Source: Candidatus Latescibacterota bacterium (GTDB lineage Bacteria; Latescibacterota; UBA2968; UBA8231). From it: a DNA stretch of 64,000 nt. Within the stretch, counting starts at the first letter, position 1; each line of letters opens with the position of its first letter. The DNA lies in NCBI GenBank assembly GCA_965261395.1, contig OZ253462.1:1920001-1984000 (forward strand), read 5' to 3'. This document shows positions 30,613 to 40,917 of the stretch, piece after piece. Position numbers and translations under genes: made by a program. The notes under the pieces were generated by a model. That model did no database searches and was not told where the DNA came from. It was given only the letters and a program-made list of their open reading frames with translations.

Positions 30613-31614
30613 CTATCTTGTCTTTTCTGCGCTGGCTCGACATCGCAGACGACGATTATCCACGTCCTTCGCCACCTCAACCATCACTTTGAGTGCCTCT
30701 TGGGAGCTCGCCTCGTGCTCATCGGGCTTCTGGTTCAGCCCCCACGACGAACCCATGATCTTGTCGCAGAAGGCACCCGCAAACATCCGCTCCTCGTTTT
30801 CCCCCAGCACGTCGCTGAAAATTGTCACCGCCTCAAGCAAGATCTCCCGCTTCTGCGCAGCGGTCTCTCCGAATCCCATCGCGTTGTTGATGAACCGGCC
30901 GACGTCCAGACACGAGGCACCGATGACACCCTTAGGATCAATCGCCATCCATCCGCGATCTGCGTCAGACAGAATATTCCAGTGATGGAGATCGCCGTGT
31001 AGCAGCATTTGGGGTTCATCCGGCTCCATCAGGACTTCCATCATGGACTCCACGCGCGGAATCTGCTCGATATAGCCCCGTGCTCTCTCGGAATCCTTGC
31101 AGCTTCTGGCGTCCTCAAACGCACCTTGCATCCAATCCATAAAGTGCGGCAGTGTGTGGTTCGACGGCGGCGGAGTCGCGTGTAAATCTTGGAGGATACG
31201 CGCGGTGATCTCACTTTGCGCGCGCGCGTTCTCAACAGAATCTAGCATCTTGCCAGGATGCAGTCGTTCGAGCAGCATGGCGTTGAGCGCTTGGTCGCAG
31301 TCGATGAGCCGGTTGATCCCACGGCCTTCATAAATAGCCAACGCTTCCATTTCCGAGCTGAAATCGTCGTGTGGGACCCCCACCTTGAGCACGGCCTCTG
31401 TTCCATTGCCCATCTCGACATAGGCGATATAGTTGGCCTTGATCTCCTCGGTCGGCCGACCGAGTGCTAGGCCCCATTTATCGCAGCATCGCCTGAGAAT
31501 GGACGGCAGTTCCTCAAGCCATGCCTCGCCTTCCTTTCCAAAGCCGCTGGTCGCGTATCGAAGGAATCTCTCGGGAAATTTCGGTGCGTCCGAATCGGTT
31601 GCGTCGATTGGCAT
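30613..31614 (-). CDS. Aminoglycoside/hydroxyurea resistance kinase family (APH(6)-like)
   Basis: AVLKVG, MLLERLHPG, LLHGDLHHWNIL, AIDPKG. Confidence 0.85.
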   Translation of the reverse strand: MPIDATDSDAPKFPERFLRYATSGFGKEGEAWLEELPSILRRCCDKWGLALGRPTEEIKANYIAYVEMGNGTEAVLKVGVPHDDFSSEMEALAIYEGRGINRLIDCDQALNAMLLERLHPGKMLDSVENARAQSEITARILQDLHATPPPSNHTLPHFMDWMQGAFEDARSCKDSERARGYIEQIPRVESMMEVLMEPDEPQMLLHGDLHHWNILSDADRGWMAIDPKGVIGASCLDVGRFINNAMGFGETAAQKREILLEAVTIFSDVLGENEERMFAGAFCDKIMGSSWGLNQKPDEHEASSQEALKVMVEVAKDVDNRRLRCRASAEKTR

Positions 31615-31702
31615 CTGCCTCCCTCTTTCTCAAAGGATCGAGGTCAGCCGCCTACAGGGTGGCCGCCGGCCGCCGGGGGTTGCAGACGGCTTTTCAGGAG
31701 TT

Positions 31703-32740
31703 TTACTCAAACAGGGGATTTTTCGCCCGGGTTAGCGGCAGGTCCACGGGCCGTTCTTCGAGGATGGATTGGTACGCGCCGCACAGCACCTCCACGCCTC
31801 TAGCCGCCGTGGCTATGTCGCTCTGGGGTGCAGGACCCCCTTCCAAGGCCGCGAGCAACTGGTCGATGGAGGAGGGGCATTGATGGCCGTCCAGATACTG
31901 GTCGAGCGGGCGGGCCCGGCCGGTCTCAACGACTAGGCCGGCGCCCGGGTCGAGGAAGAAATTGGCCCCTTCGAATTCAACGGTCAAGGCGTTGCGCGGA
32001 CCCCGCTGGCCCTCGACGGCCTGTTTGCCCACTGCCAACACGGCCCAGAAGCGGCCGTAGTCGAGACAGATCTGGCCAAAGTTCTCCACATCGGCTTCGA
32101 CATAGGGTCGCCAGAACTTCTGCCAGCGCGCTTCCACCCGGCGGGGCACGCCCAGCAGGTGCAGGGCGTAGTCGATGGCGTAGCAGCCCATATTGGTCAT
32201 TTCGCCGCCGCCGACCGTGGCCGCTGGATCAAAGCGCTCGGGCCAGGTGTCCCGGATCGGGAAGTCCGGGGCAAAGGTCATGCCAAAGGTGTGGTAGTAG
32301 CTCACCACTTGGCCGTATAGTCCGGCCCGCACCTGGTGCAGCAGCTTGTCAAAGGCGGGTTGGAATTTGACCATGGGGACGTCGAAGACAGCGAGGACCC
32401 CCGCGGCCCGCACCTGGTCTTCAATGCGTCGGGCGGCGGCTGGATTGTGGCACAGGGGTTTGTTGATCCAGAGCGCCTTACCGGCCCGAGCGGCCAATTC
32501 GACCATCTCGGCTTTGTCGCAGGGATCGGTCGCCAGGGCCAGGATCTCGACCTGAGCATGGCCCACCACGGCCTCGTAACTGGCGGCGAGGGGCGCTCGC
32601 ATGGCCTGCTGCAATTCCCCGGCCCGCTGCGCCCTGGGCTCGTATCCCGTCACCACCCAGGTCCGAGGATGCGCGGCGAACTGCCCGGCGATCCCGGCCC
32701 CGTGGGTGCAGCAATTGCCCAATACACCAACGCCGTACAT
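31703..32740 (-). CDS. Gfo/Idh/MocA family oxidoreductase
   Basis: N-terminal Rossmann fold, AGKALWINKP, GGGEMTNMGCYAID. Confidence 0.85.
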   Translation of the reverse strand: MYGVGVLGNCCTHGAGIAGQFAAHPRTWVVTGYEPRAQRAGELQQAMRAPLAASYEAVVGHAQVEILALATDPCDKAEMVELAARAGKALWINKPLCHNPAAARRIEDQVRAAGVLAVFDVPMVKFQPAFDKLLHQVRAGLYGQVVSYYHTFGMTFAPDFPIRDTWPERFDPAATVGGGEMTNMGCYAIDYALHLLGVPRRVEARWQKFWRPYVEADVENFGQICLDYGRFWAVLAVGKQAVEGQRGPRNALTVEFEGANFFLDPGAGLVVETGRARPLDQYLDGHQCPSSIDQLLAALEGGPAPQSDIATAARGVEVLCGAYQSILEERPVDLPLTRAKNPLFE

Positions 32741-32854
32741 GAAGTCCTCCTCGGTCTAGACCGTCGTCGGTTGCGGCAGCGGCCCGCCTGGCCTGTCCAC
32801 ACCCACATCCACCAGCGCACTTGCAGCCAAGCCCCGTCAGCAGGTCGGTTTGCG

Positions 32855-33724
32855 CTACTCGAGAAACATCTCCCCGGTGAAGGGCAGCGGCCCGCTTGGG
32901 CGCTCGTAGCGAATTTGTTGGGGCGTTTTTTCGAGCGCGGCGGCCCACTGGTCGCGCCAGTCTTCATAGACGGTCTCCGAGGCGGGGTCGCGCCGGCTGC
33001 GGGCGACGAGACTGGGCCACTCCGGTCGCGGGGAAGGCTCACCCGTCTTCTGGTAGCGCAGATCCATGCTCCAGCGCACGGCGTCAGTGTTGTTCGGGCC
33101 TGATCCGTGAGGCGTCAGCTTGTGTACGAACAAGACGTCCCCTTTCTGCATGGGCAAGCTAATCCGCTCGGTTTGGGGCAGGTCCTGCCCGTACGACCAA
33201 TAGACCATGCGCTGCTGGTGAACTCGGGGTTGGACCTGCAAGCAGCCGTTTTCTTCGGTCGCCTCGACTAGGGGGACCCAGACGGTCGCCTGTAGAATGC
33301 CTTGTGCTTGTTGGGTTGTGAACACAGCATCCTGATGAAAAATTACATCTGTTGACGGCATTTTTGGCCGGACGTGCGACACGGCATTGCAGGTGATTTC
33401 TGGACCGATGAAAGGCTCAATCAGATCGACGAGGTTCTGGTTGCGCAAAAACTCAAAGGTGCCGCGCCGGCGGGTTTCCCCTATGTCGGGACAGCCATCA
33501 ACCTCGTCGCACTCTTCTGCGAGGCAAGCCAAGCGCCGCTCAAAAGGCTCGTTTTCGTAGAGGTTGACGATCTTGCCTTGGCTGTGCAGATCGCGGGCAA
33601 TTTCATCGACGACGATATTGTGATCCTCGATTAGCGGCGCGAGATCGCCGTCGGTAAGCCCTCCTTTGATAATGACGTACCCTTCTTCTGCGAAAAAATC
33701 GAGCTGTTGGTTGGTTACTTTCAC
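32855..33724 (-). CDS. Phytanoyl-CoA dioxygenase (PhyH) family
   Basis: FHQD, WVPLVEATEENGCL, HGSGPN..D.VRWSMDLRY. Confidence 0.9.
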   Translation of the reverse strand: MKVTNQQLDFFAEEGYVIIKGGLTDGDLAPLIEDHNIVVDEIARDLHSQGKIVNLYENEPFERRLACLAEECDEVDGCPDIGETRRRGTFEFLRNQNLVDLIEPFIGPEITCNAVSHVRPKMPSTDVIFHQDAVFTTQQAQGILQATVWVPLVEATEENGCLQVQPRVHQQRMVYWSYGQDLPQTERISLPMQKGDVLFVHKLTPHGSGPNNTDAVRWSMDLRYQKTGEPSPRPEWPSLVARSRRDPASETVYEDWRDQWAAALEKTPQQIRYERPSGPLPFTGEMFLE

Positions 33725-33898
33725 GGTTGGTCTCCTTCTGTTCAAATCAGCTAGGTTTTGTTGTCTTGCCTCCAAGTCCTTTATAACGACTCAACCGGCG
33801 GGAAACAAGACCCATCGGCCTGCCTTACCTCGACTTGTAAGGGTCCTGGATTGCCTCTACAATAAAAGCCGCATTTCCTCTTAAACAAAGACTATGGC

Positions 33899-35026
33899 AT
33901 GTTTGCGCTGATTTTCTTGGCGCTGCTCGGCTCAATCTACGGCTATTCGGGCTGGCGGCTCATCCCCTATCTCTCTCCGCCTGTACATATCGGTGCCGCA
34001 CTGGCGCTGGTGTTCCTACTATTGACGCCCTTATTGCTCTTTCGCCTGCGGTCTCGTCCTCATCTGGCCTGGCTGACGGATCCCCTCGCCTGGGTGGCCT
34101 ATCTCGGCATGGGCTTTTTCATCGTCTGTTCGACCCTGCTGATCCTGCGCGATATAGGGGGCCTGCTCCTGGACCTAGTCTATCCTATCGACGCAACACT
34201 CAATGCCAGCATCGACTTGGCGACCTTCGTCCTGACTCTGGTCATGGCGGGCTATGGCTGCTACCAAGCCCGACGTACGCCAGCGGTCCGCCAAGTCGAT
34301 GTCCCTATCGAGAATCTCCCAAATGCGCTGGTCGGGCTGCGCATCGTCCAAATCAGCGATCTCCACGTCGGCCCGACCATCAAGGCTCCTTTTGTGGAGC
34401 GCGTTGTCGCCCGGGTCAACGAATTGCAACCCGACCTAATCGTCTTCACCGGTGACCTCGCCGACGGAACTGTTGAACGACTCGCCCCTCACACGGCGGC
34501 CTTAGCCGAACTCACCGCCCCGCTCGGGGTCTATTTCTGTACCGGCAACCACGAATACTACTCGGGCGTGGAGGGCTGGACCGAGCAGGCGCGCCGCCTC
34601 GGCTTCGACGTCTTGGTCAACGAGAGTCGCCAGATCGACTGCGGCAGCGGACGGATCGCCTTGGCCGGCGCGACCGACTTCAGCGCCGGCGAGCTAGTCC
34701 CCGACCACGCATCGGACCCGGCCAAGGCCCTTGCCGCCAGCGACGGGGCCGATGTGCGCATCCTGCTCGCGCACCAGCCGCGCAGCATAGAGGCTGCCAG
34801 CCAAGCCAATTGCCACCTGCAACTGTCGGGCCACACCCACGGCGGCCAGTTCGTGCCGTGGAAGTACGTAGTCTCCCTACAACAGCCCTATGTCGCGGGC
34901 CTGCACAAATTTCGCGACACTTGGATTTACATCCACCGAGGCACCGGCTACTGGGGACCCCCGCTGCGGCTTGGGGTCCCTTCCGAAATCGCGGTGCTCA
35001 CCCTGAGCCGGGCTGGGTCCGCATGA
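33899..35026 (+). CDS. Membrane-anchored metallophosphoesterase
   Basis: SDLHVG, TGDLAD, GNHE, HQP, SGHTHGGQ. Confidence 0.92.
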   Translation: MFALIFLALLGSIYGYSGWRLIPYLSPPVHIGAALALVFLLLTPLLLFRLRSRPHLAWLTDPLAWVAYLGMGFFIVCSTLLILRDIGGLLLDLVYPIDATLNASIDLATFVLTLVMAGYGCYQARRTPAVRQVDVPIENLPNALVGLRIVQISDLHVGPTIKAPFVERVVARVNELQPDLIVFTGDLADGTVERLAPHTAALAELTAPLGVYFCTGNHEYYSGVEGWTEQARRLGFDVLVNESRQIDCGSGRIALAGATDFSAGELVPDHASDPAKALAASDGADVRILLAHQPRSIEAASQANCHLQLSGHTHGGQFVPWKYVVSLQQPYVAGLHKFRDTWIYIHRGTGYWGPPLRLGVPSEIAVLTLSRAGSA

Positions 35027-35193
35027 AGTCGCTTGACTAAGTCGCCAAACGGCTGACTCAGTTCGCTAATCTTCCGACGACAGATGGAAATTATGCGACC
35101 AATGAGATATGGCGCGCCATCATCCCCTTGACACACTGCGGATGACACTGTTTATCCACACTATCCGTCCGGCCCATCCCCTGGAGATGATCC

Positions 35194-36297
35194 ATGACTG
35201 CCAATGTCCAAGCTGTCCCAACCACAAACGGCCGCGCGGCCACTCAATTCCGCCTCATCGACTGCGACGTGCATCACACCCTGCCCAACGACAAAGCCCT
35301 CTTTCCCTACTTACCGCGCCACTATGTCGAGCGCATTGAGGACTTCGGCTCCATGATGCCGCAGTTAGGCCACACCAATATGCCCAAACATGGCAACCGC
35401 CAAGAATTGTGGGAGGACCAAGAGACCAATCCAGCGGCCAATGTCGAAGTGGCGCGCCAAAGACATCTCGACGAATACGATATCGACGTGGCCGTGTTGA
35501 CGGGCGGGCCGTACAGCGCGGCCGTGCATTCGGATTGCGATTATGCGGCGGCTTATTGCCGGGCCTTCAACGATTGGACCCTAGAGCATTGGGTAGGCGC
35601 GGACTCGCGCTTTAGATCCTCCATCCACATCGCTCCCCAAGACCCGCAGTTGGCCGTGGCGGAAATAGACCGCCTAGGCCCCAAGCCTGAGTGCGTCCAA
35701 GTGATGATGCCGGCTGGCTCGCGCCAACCTTTTGGCCACCGCTTTTACCATCCCATCTACGAGGCCTGCCAGCGCCACAGTCTGCCACTGAGCATCCACT
35801 TCGGGGGCGAGGGAGCCGGCATTGCTGCGCCGCCTACGGCCGCGGGGTATCCCTCGCATTATCTGGAGATGCGCATGGCCCGGCCGCAGATCGCCATGGC
35901 GCATACGGTCAGCTTCATCTGCGAGGGAGTATTTGAAAAATTCCCCGACTTCCGCGTCCTCTTCATCGAGCACGACGTGTTTTGGGTTCCGGGATTGATG
36001 TGGCACATGGATTCCGACTGGAAGGGCCTGCGCGATTATACGCCGTGGGTCAAGCGCCTGCCCAGCGAGTACTTGCGGCAGCACATCCGCTTTGGCACCC
36101 AGCCCATGATCCAGCCGCCCACGCGCGACGATATGAAGCGCTTTTTGGAGTGGCTGCACGCCGATGAGGTCCTAGTTTTCGCCAGCGACTACCCGCACTG
36201 GGACTGGGACGAGCCAACGGGTTTCCTCGCCGATTTTGACGCGGACTACCGCCACCGCATCATGGCACAAAACGCGACGGAACTCTATGGCTTCTAA
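35194..36297 (+). CDS. Amidohydrolase-2 fold protein (probable dinuclear oxygenase)
   Basis: DCDVHH, HFGG, GVFEKFP, FASDYPHWD. Confidence 0.85.
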   Translation: MTANVQAVPTTNGRAATQFRLIDCDVHHTLPNDKALFPYLPRHYVERIEDFGSMMPQLGHTNMPKHGNRQELWEDQETNPAANVEVARQRHLDEYDIDVAVLTGGPYSAAVHSDCDYAAAYCRAFNDWTLEHWVGADSRFRSSIHIAPQDPQLAVAEIDRLGPKPECVQVMMPAGSRQPFGHRFYHPIYEACQRHSLPLSIHFGGEGAGIAAPPTAAGYPSHYLEMRMARPQIAMAHTVSFICEGVFEKFPDFRVLFIEHDVFWVPGLMWHMDSDWKGLRDYTPWVKRLPSEYLRQHIRFGTQPMIQPPTRDDMKRFLEWLHADEVLVFASDYPHWDWDEPTGFLADFDADYRHRIMAQNATELYGF

Positions 36298-36646
36298 GCG
36301 CCATGTGGTCGCCCGGGCCGAGGAACTGCCCGATGGAGCGCGCAAGATCCTCAGCGTGGGCAACAGAGAGATCGGCGTCTTCAATATCGGGGGCAGCTAC
36401 TACGCCCTGCGCAATAGCTGCCCGCACAAAAACGGACCCTTGTGCCGAGGCCGGTTGCGGCCCTTGGTCGTGTCGCTAGGCGTGTACCAGATCGACTATC
36501 GGCAAGAGGACTTGGTGCTCAAGTGCCCTTGGCATCAGTGGGAATTCGACTTGGCCACCGGGCAGGCGCTGTATGACGAGACCATGCGGGTGAAGACGTA
36601 CGCGGCAGGGCGCGAAGGGGAAGAAGTGGTCGTATATGTGGAGTGA
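36287..36646 (+). CDS. Rieske [2Fe-2S] ferredoxin
   Basis: CPHK...CPWH; overlaps the upstream stop. Confidence 0.92.
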   Translation: MASKRHVVARAEELPDGARKILSVGNREIGVFNIGGSYYALRNSCPHKNGPLCRGRLRPLVVSLGVYQIDYRQEDLVLKCPWHQWEFDLATGQALYDETMRVKTYAAGREGEEVVVYVE

Positions 36647-36814
36647 TGCAGGGGGCCGCTCGGTTTCCTAGCGCACGGGTGCAGGACGACGAGGAATAGG
36701 ATGACCCATTAGCCGACGGACCGGCCCATAAAAACAAGCCCTCGGTACGCCATGTAGCGGTTGTGATCCGCCGCTACCCTTGTTAATTTGCACGCCTCAA
36801 ATAGGAGGATAAAC

Positions 36815-37606
36815 ATGACCACAGCCCCGTCCGTTACCCAGCTCCACAAAGCACTCGACCAAGAGCAAATTGACCTATTCCGCCGCCGCGGCTTCATCGT
36901 CATCGGCAAGCTGCTCGACGACGACCTCGTCGCCTTGCTGCGCGATGAATACGACCGGCTCTTTGCCGAGGCGCGCCAAAACGGGCGCTTCCGCAACCTG
37001 TCCATCAACAACACCGACGACCTCGACGAAAAGAACAGTGCCGACGAGCAGATGTTGCAGATCATGCAAATGTGCGAGCGCAGCATCCACTTCCGGCAAC
37101 TGCTCTACGACGCCCGCATCCTCGACATTGCCGAAGACCTCATCGGCCCGAATATCCAGCTCTTCCACGACCAAGCCCTCTACAAACCCGCCCACCACGG
37201 CGGCCCCGTCTTTTGGCACCAAGACAACGCCTACTGGAAATGTATGCCAGCCAACTTGGTTAGTTGCTGGATGACGCTCGACGATGTCGATGTGACCAAC
37301 GGTGCCATGCACCTGCTGCCCAGCTCGCACCTGACGCCCGTCGGGCACGAGCGCTCAGAGCAGACCAGTGCCTTGCTCGACTACGGCGACCAAGTCGATG
37401 CAACCCAAGCCGCCGTCATAGACCTGCCCGCGGGCGGCGCGCTTTTCCACCACTGCCAAACCCTCCACTACACCCCGCCGAACCAAACCGATCGCCAGCG
37501 CCGCGCCTTTGTCATCCACTTTATGCCCCCTGGCACGCGCTCGGCACACACCGGGCAATTCCTCGAAGTGTCTTTTGGCCGACCCATGCTGCGGATGCGG
37601 GTCTGA
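36815..37606 (+). CDS. PhyH family dioxygenase
   Basis: WHQDNAYW, NGAMHLLP, HYTPPNQTDRQRRA. Confidence 0.9.
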   Translation: MTTAPSVTQLHKALDQEQIDLFRRRGFIVIGKLLDDDLVALLRDEYDRLFAEARQNGRFRNLSINNTDDLDEKNSADEQMLQIMQMCERSIHFRQLLYDARILDIAEDLIGPNIQLFHDQALYKPAHHGGPVFWHQDNAYWKCMPANLVSCWMTLDDVDVTNGAMHLLPSSHLTPVGHERSEQTSALLDYGDQVDATQAAVIDLPAGGALFHHCQTLHYTPPNQTDRQRRAFVIHFMPPGTRSAHTGQFLEVSFGRPMLRMRV

Positions 37607-37621
37607 TCACGGCAGTCAGAG

Positions 37622-38347
37622 TCAGGCCAAATAACGCTCGGGGCTTTCCACGACCTCGGCCAGCAGGGCATCGACATAGGCGTCTATAGAAAAAAGCCGG
37701 CACGGGGATGCGCCAACGAGGCCCCGTGTCAGTGGGCCGGTAGCGTCCCAATACGCCCCCAGAAGCGGGCGGTCCAAGGCGGGATAGGCGGCTTGGGAAT
37801 CGGTTCGACGCAAGTGATGCCAGTAGAGCACTTCGACCAGATGGATGTAGGTGGAAGTTTGGTAATCGACGCCCAGCATGAGAATTTTGCCGCCGCGTCG
37901 ATAGGCGCGGAACATGGGCGAGTGGGTGCCGTAGGTCCGTCCCCAAGGAGCCAGATCCCACGGCGAAGTATGACCTTCCTCACGCAGGTGATCCGCGACA
38001 AAATCCTCAGCACCTCGCCCTCGGGCCGCTACCGAATGGGAATAGTGGTCGGAACGGTAAGTATCAGGTAGGCGGCGAAAGAATTCGCTCAGCCAGCCCA
38101 CGGTCGAGGGGGTAGTAGCCCAGTCCCAGCGGCGCGCTCGTTCGCTTCGCTCTATCAGATGAAACGAGGGCATCAGGATAAGTCCGTCAGGGTCGACCGC
38201 CGCTTGGAGCGCATCAATCACAGTCTGCGCTCCGCCAGCGACAGCCCCCAGACTCTTAAACGAGGAATGAATAAAGAGCGTATCCCCCGCTTCGACGCCC
38301 AAGGCTTCTAAATGGCTCTGTAGATCGGCTTGGGTGTAGGCGTCCAT
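37622..38347 (-). CDS. AAC(3) family N-acetyltransferase
   Basis: FIHSSFKSLG, RSDHYSHSVAARG, ILMLGV, STYIHLVE. Confidence 0.88.
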   Translation of the reverse strand: MDAYTQADLQSHLEALGVEAGDTLFIHSSFKSLGAVAGGAQTVIDALQAAVDPDGLILMPSFHLIERSERARRWDWATTPSTVGWLSEFFRRLPDTYRSDHYSHSVAARGRGAEDFVADHLREEGHTSPWDLAPWGRTYGTHSPMFRAYRRGGKILMLGVDYQTSTYIHLVEVLYWHHLRRTDSQAAYPALDRPLLGAYWDATGPLTRGLVGASPCRLFSIDAYVDALLAEVVESPERYLA

Positions 38348-38359
38348 CGCAGTGCGCGG

Positions 38360-40354
38360 TTAGGCTTTGTCCAGACGTATCTTGGTCAGCCCCAGTTCTT
38401 TCAGTTGGGCACGCAGACGGCGACTCGGTACGGGCTGCATGTCGGGGCTCCACGGCTGTACTAAACGAACTTTGCTGCCCAAGGCGCGCAGGCAGTCGGG
38501 CAAGTCGAAATCGGCCAGCACGCCGGGGATGAAACAAGCGGCCGGCCATGCCACCAGCGGCGTCTGGGTCCACTCTTGGTAGGAAAGCGGGGCGTTTTTC
38601 AGGGTTGCCGAGGCGATCTTATCGTGCAGCAAGGCCGCGTACAGGGCGAGCAAGGCACCTTGCCCGCGACCGTACAGCCGCACGCGGCGGGCACCGGCCG
38701 CGACGAGCAGATCGAGCACACTCAATACGTCGTGCAGGCGACGGCCCAGATAGCTCTGTCCCAGCATGAGACCGTGGCCGTGGAACATGTAGTCCATGCC
38801 ATAGGGATGAAAGAAAGCCGCTTCTGCGGGCGTAGGGATGGATTCGCCCAAGCCGCGCACGTCGAGAGCGTAGAGCGAGTGCTGTCGGCGTAGAGCAATG
38901 GCCAAGGCGTCGCCCTGCAAGTCGTCTTCGGCTGCCACGTGAGGCAAGTAAAGATGCACTTCCCCTTCCACGTCGAGGCTATAGGGACGCGGCGGGTCGG
39001 CTAGGCATTTGTGGAGTAGAGCCTGGATGCCGTCTTCGGTCTCGACCCCGTACCGGGCTATCGTTTGCCCGTCCAAGTGGGCGGGGCGCAGCACCCTGTA
39101 GTGAGGCAAGGGGCGCTTGCGAGGCAACTGGAGGCGGACAGTTAGGCGCTGCGCCAGCCGGGCTTTGTCCAGCTTGGTGCGCTTTTGCTCCAAGCGGCAG
39201 GCCGCAGCCGCGGTCAGATCGTAGATGGGCACCGCGCCAGCCTCGACCGTATTGCCGCGAGGCGTGACATTGAGCTGATCTGCGGTCAAAACGGCGGGAC
39301 GGTGAATCTTGCGCGACTGCGGCAAACCAGCTTGGCGGGCGAAAAAGTCCACCATGGCTTCTTGGTTGTGCCGCGAAAAACCGTGTCCCTCCGGGCCGAT
39401 GAAGAGCTGGGCGTCTTCTTGGGACGCGCCCAACAGGTCGTAAAAGCGGCGCACTTCCTCATGGGCTTCCCGCAAACCCCGCCGGTCGAAGAAATCGTAG
39501 TTCTGTCCCAGCAACAGAACCGGCTCGGGGGCGCGGGCGATGCAGAAGTCGGCCAGTTCCAAACCAGCGCCGATGACGCCGGGGGGATATTGCTCGCAGT
39601 CGGCCGGCAATTCGTTTTCGAGGTTGGACAGGAAAGTCGTTACAAAGCAGCTCGGGGCGGCCATGGTGAAGCGATTTTCTATCGCCCACAGCCAAGTGGT
39701 CATGGTGCCACCGCCCGAATTGCCCGTCAGCCCGACGTGGGCGGGATCGACTTCCGGGCGGCTGAGCAAGTAGTCGAGGGCGCGAATGCCGTCCCAAGCG
39801 CGCCAAGAGCCGAACCACTCGCCCACCAATTCGAGCTGTTTGCCCATCATATTGTGAGCGTGGCAGCAGTTGGCCACGGCGCTTTTGTCGCTCAGCTTCC
39901 AGTATTGGTCGCGTTCGCCTTGGTTGAAAGGATCGTAAATCAGCACCACAAAACCAGCGCGGGCGAGGCGTTGGCAAAAAGCCTGATAAAGTTCGTCGTT
40001 TTTGCCGTTGTCGCTGTGGCCGCAGGTGCCAATGACGCCGGGTGCAGGGCCGATCAGTTTGTCGGGTATGTAGAGATGTCCCGAGACCAAGCATCCGGGC
40101 CGGCTGGCGTAGAGGAGCTTTTCAATGCGATACCCCTGCTGCTGCACCGTGCCGGTGATTTGAGCGCTGAGGGGCGTGCGGCGAGGGCGGGGGCGAAAGG
40201 CTTTGGCAATGGCTTGGCGCACGTGACGTTGATACTCGATAGCTTGGCCGCGAGTGCGGATGTCGGTGAGGCGCTGGCGACGGTCCGCGCGTAGCTCCCG
40301 CAGGCGACCGACGTAGTATTCGAGCACCATGTGCTGATAGCCGTTGCGGGTCAC
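38360..40354 (-). CDS. Alpha/beta hydrolase (acetylxylan esterase-like, two-domain)
   Basis: RALDYLLSRPEVD, GNSGGG nucleophile elbow, DCEQ. Confidence 0.85.
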   Translation of the reverse strand: MTRNGYQHMVLEYYVGRLRELRADRRQRLTDIRTRGQAIEYQRHVRQAIAKAFRPRPRRTPLSAQITGTVQQQGYRIEKLLYASRPGCLVSGHLYIPDKLIGPAPGVIGTCGHSDNGKNDELYQAFCQRLARAGFVVLIYDPFNQGERDQYWKLSDKSAVANCCHAHNMMGKQLELVGEWFGSWRAWDGIRALDYLLSRPEVDPAHVGLTGNSGGGTMTTWLWAIENRFTMAAPSCFVTTFLSNLENELPADCEQYPPGVIGAGLELADFCIARAPEPVLLLGQNYDFFDRRGLREAHEEVRRFYDLLGASQEDAQLFIGPEGHGFSRHNQEAMVDFFARQAGLPQSRKIHRPAVLTADQLNVTPRGNTVEAGAVPIYDLTAAAACRLEQKRTKLDKARLAQRLTVRLQLPRKRPLPHYRVLRPAHLDGQTIARYGVETEDGIQALLHKCLADPPRPYSLDVEGEVHLYLPHVAAEDDLQGDALAIALRRQHSLYALDVRGLGESIPTPAEAAFFHPYGMDYMFHGHGLMLGQSYLGRRLHDVLSVLDLLVAAGARRVRLYGRGQGALLALYAALLHDKIASATLKNAPLSYQEWTQTPLVAWPAACFIPGVLADFDLPDCLRALGSKVRLVQPWSPDMQPVPSRRLRAQLKELGLTKIRLDKA

Positions 40355-40725
40355 GAGCGGTCTGCTTCCAAGACGAATTGGCGGTCCCCTTCCGAGTAGG
40401 CTACGATCATATCCGCGTCCTCGGGGCCGAGGCTAATGCCATTGTGAAAGACGCCGGCCGGGATGGCGAGGGTATCGCCCGCTTCTAAAGTGAAGGACTG
40501 GTCGCCCAAGCTATGCTCTACGCGGCCAGCGAGCAGATAGAGCACTTCTTCGCAATTGGGGTGGGCGTGGCGCGGGTTGGCTTGGCCAGCTTTGAGGACG
40601 ACGCGGCCCAAAGTGAGGCCCTCGACATTGCCCTGTGGACGGCCCGCCAACCAGGTCAGATGACCCCATGATTCGTCTATGCGGTTCTGGCGGCTCTCGG
40701 CGGCGCTGAGAAGAGGATGCGACAT
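40351..40725 (-). CDS. Cupin domain protein
   Basis: HAHPNCEE...IPAGVFH. Confidence 0.88.
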   Translation of the reverse strand: MSHPLLSAAESRQNRIDESWGHLTWLAGRPQGNVEGLTLGRVVLKAGQANPRHAHPNCEEVLYLLAGRVEHSLGDQSFTLEAGDTLAIPAGVFHNGISLGPEDADMIVAYSEGDRQFVLEADRS

Positions 40726-40917
40726 GGTGGGTTTAGGCTCCGGTTAGGGATGAGCTATAGAAGAAAACGATAATGCAACTTTCCTCCTATGCCGAATTCG
40801 CAAATAGCGAACAGTTTGTCAAGAGCTATTACTGTGCCCTATGGTCGGCGCGCCGTACTCACCTATTGTAATCGACTTTTTTGACGACCCTCCAGCCATT
40901 GGACATATTACCGGCCC

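Noticed and set aside
35152-35160. DnaA box TTATCCACA / oriC
   Set aside because: Single box, no cluster or origin-linked genes.
37622-38347. Bona fide aminoglycoside resistance gene
   Set aside because: The AAC(3) fold alone is insufficient; the context is catabolic and not mobile.
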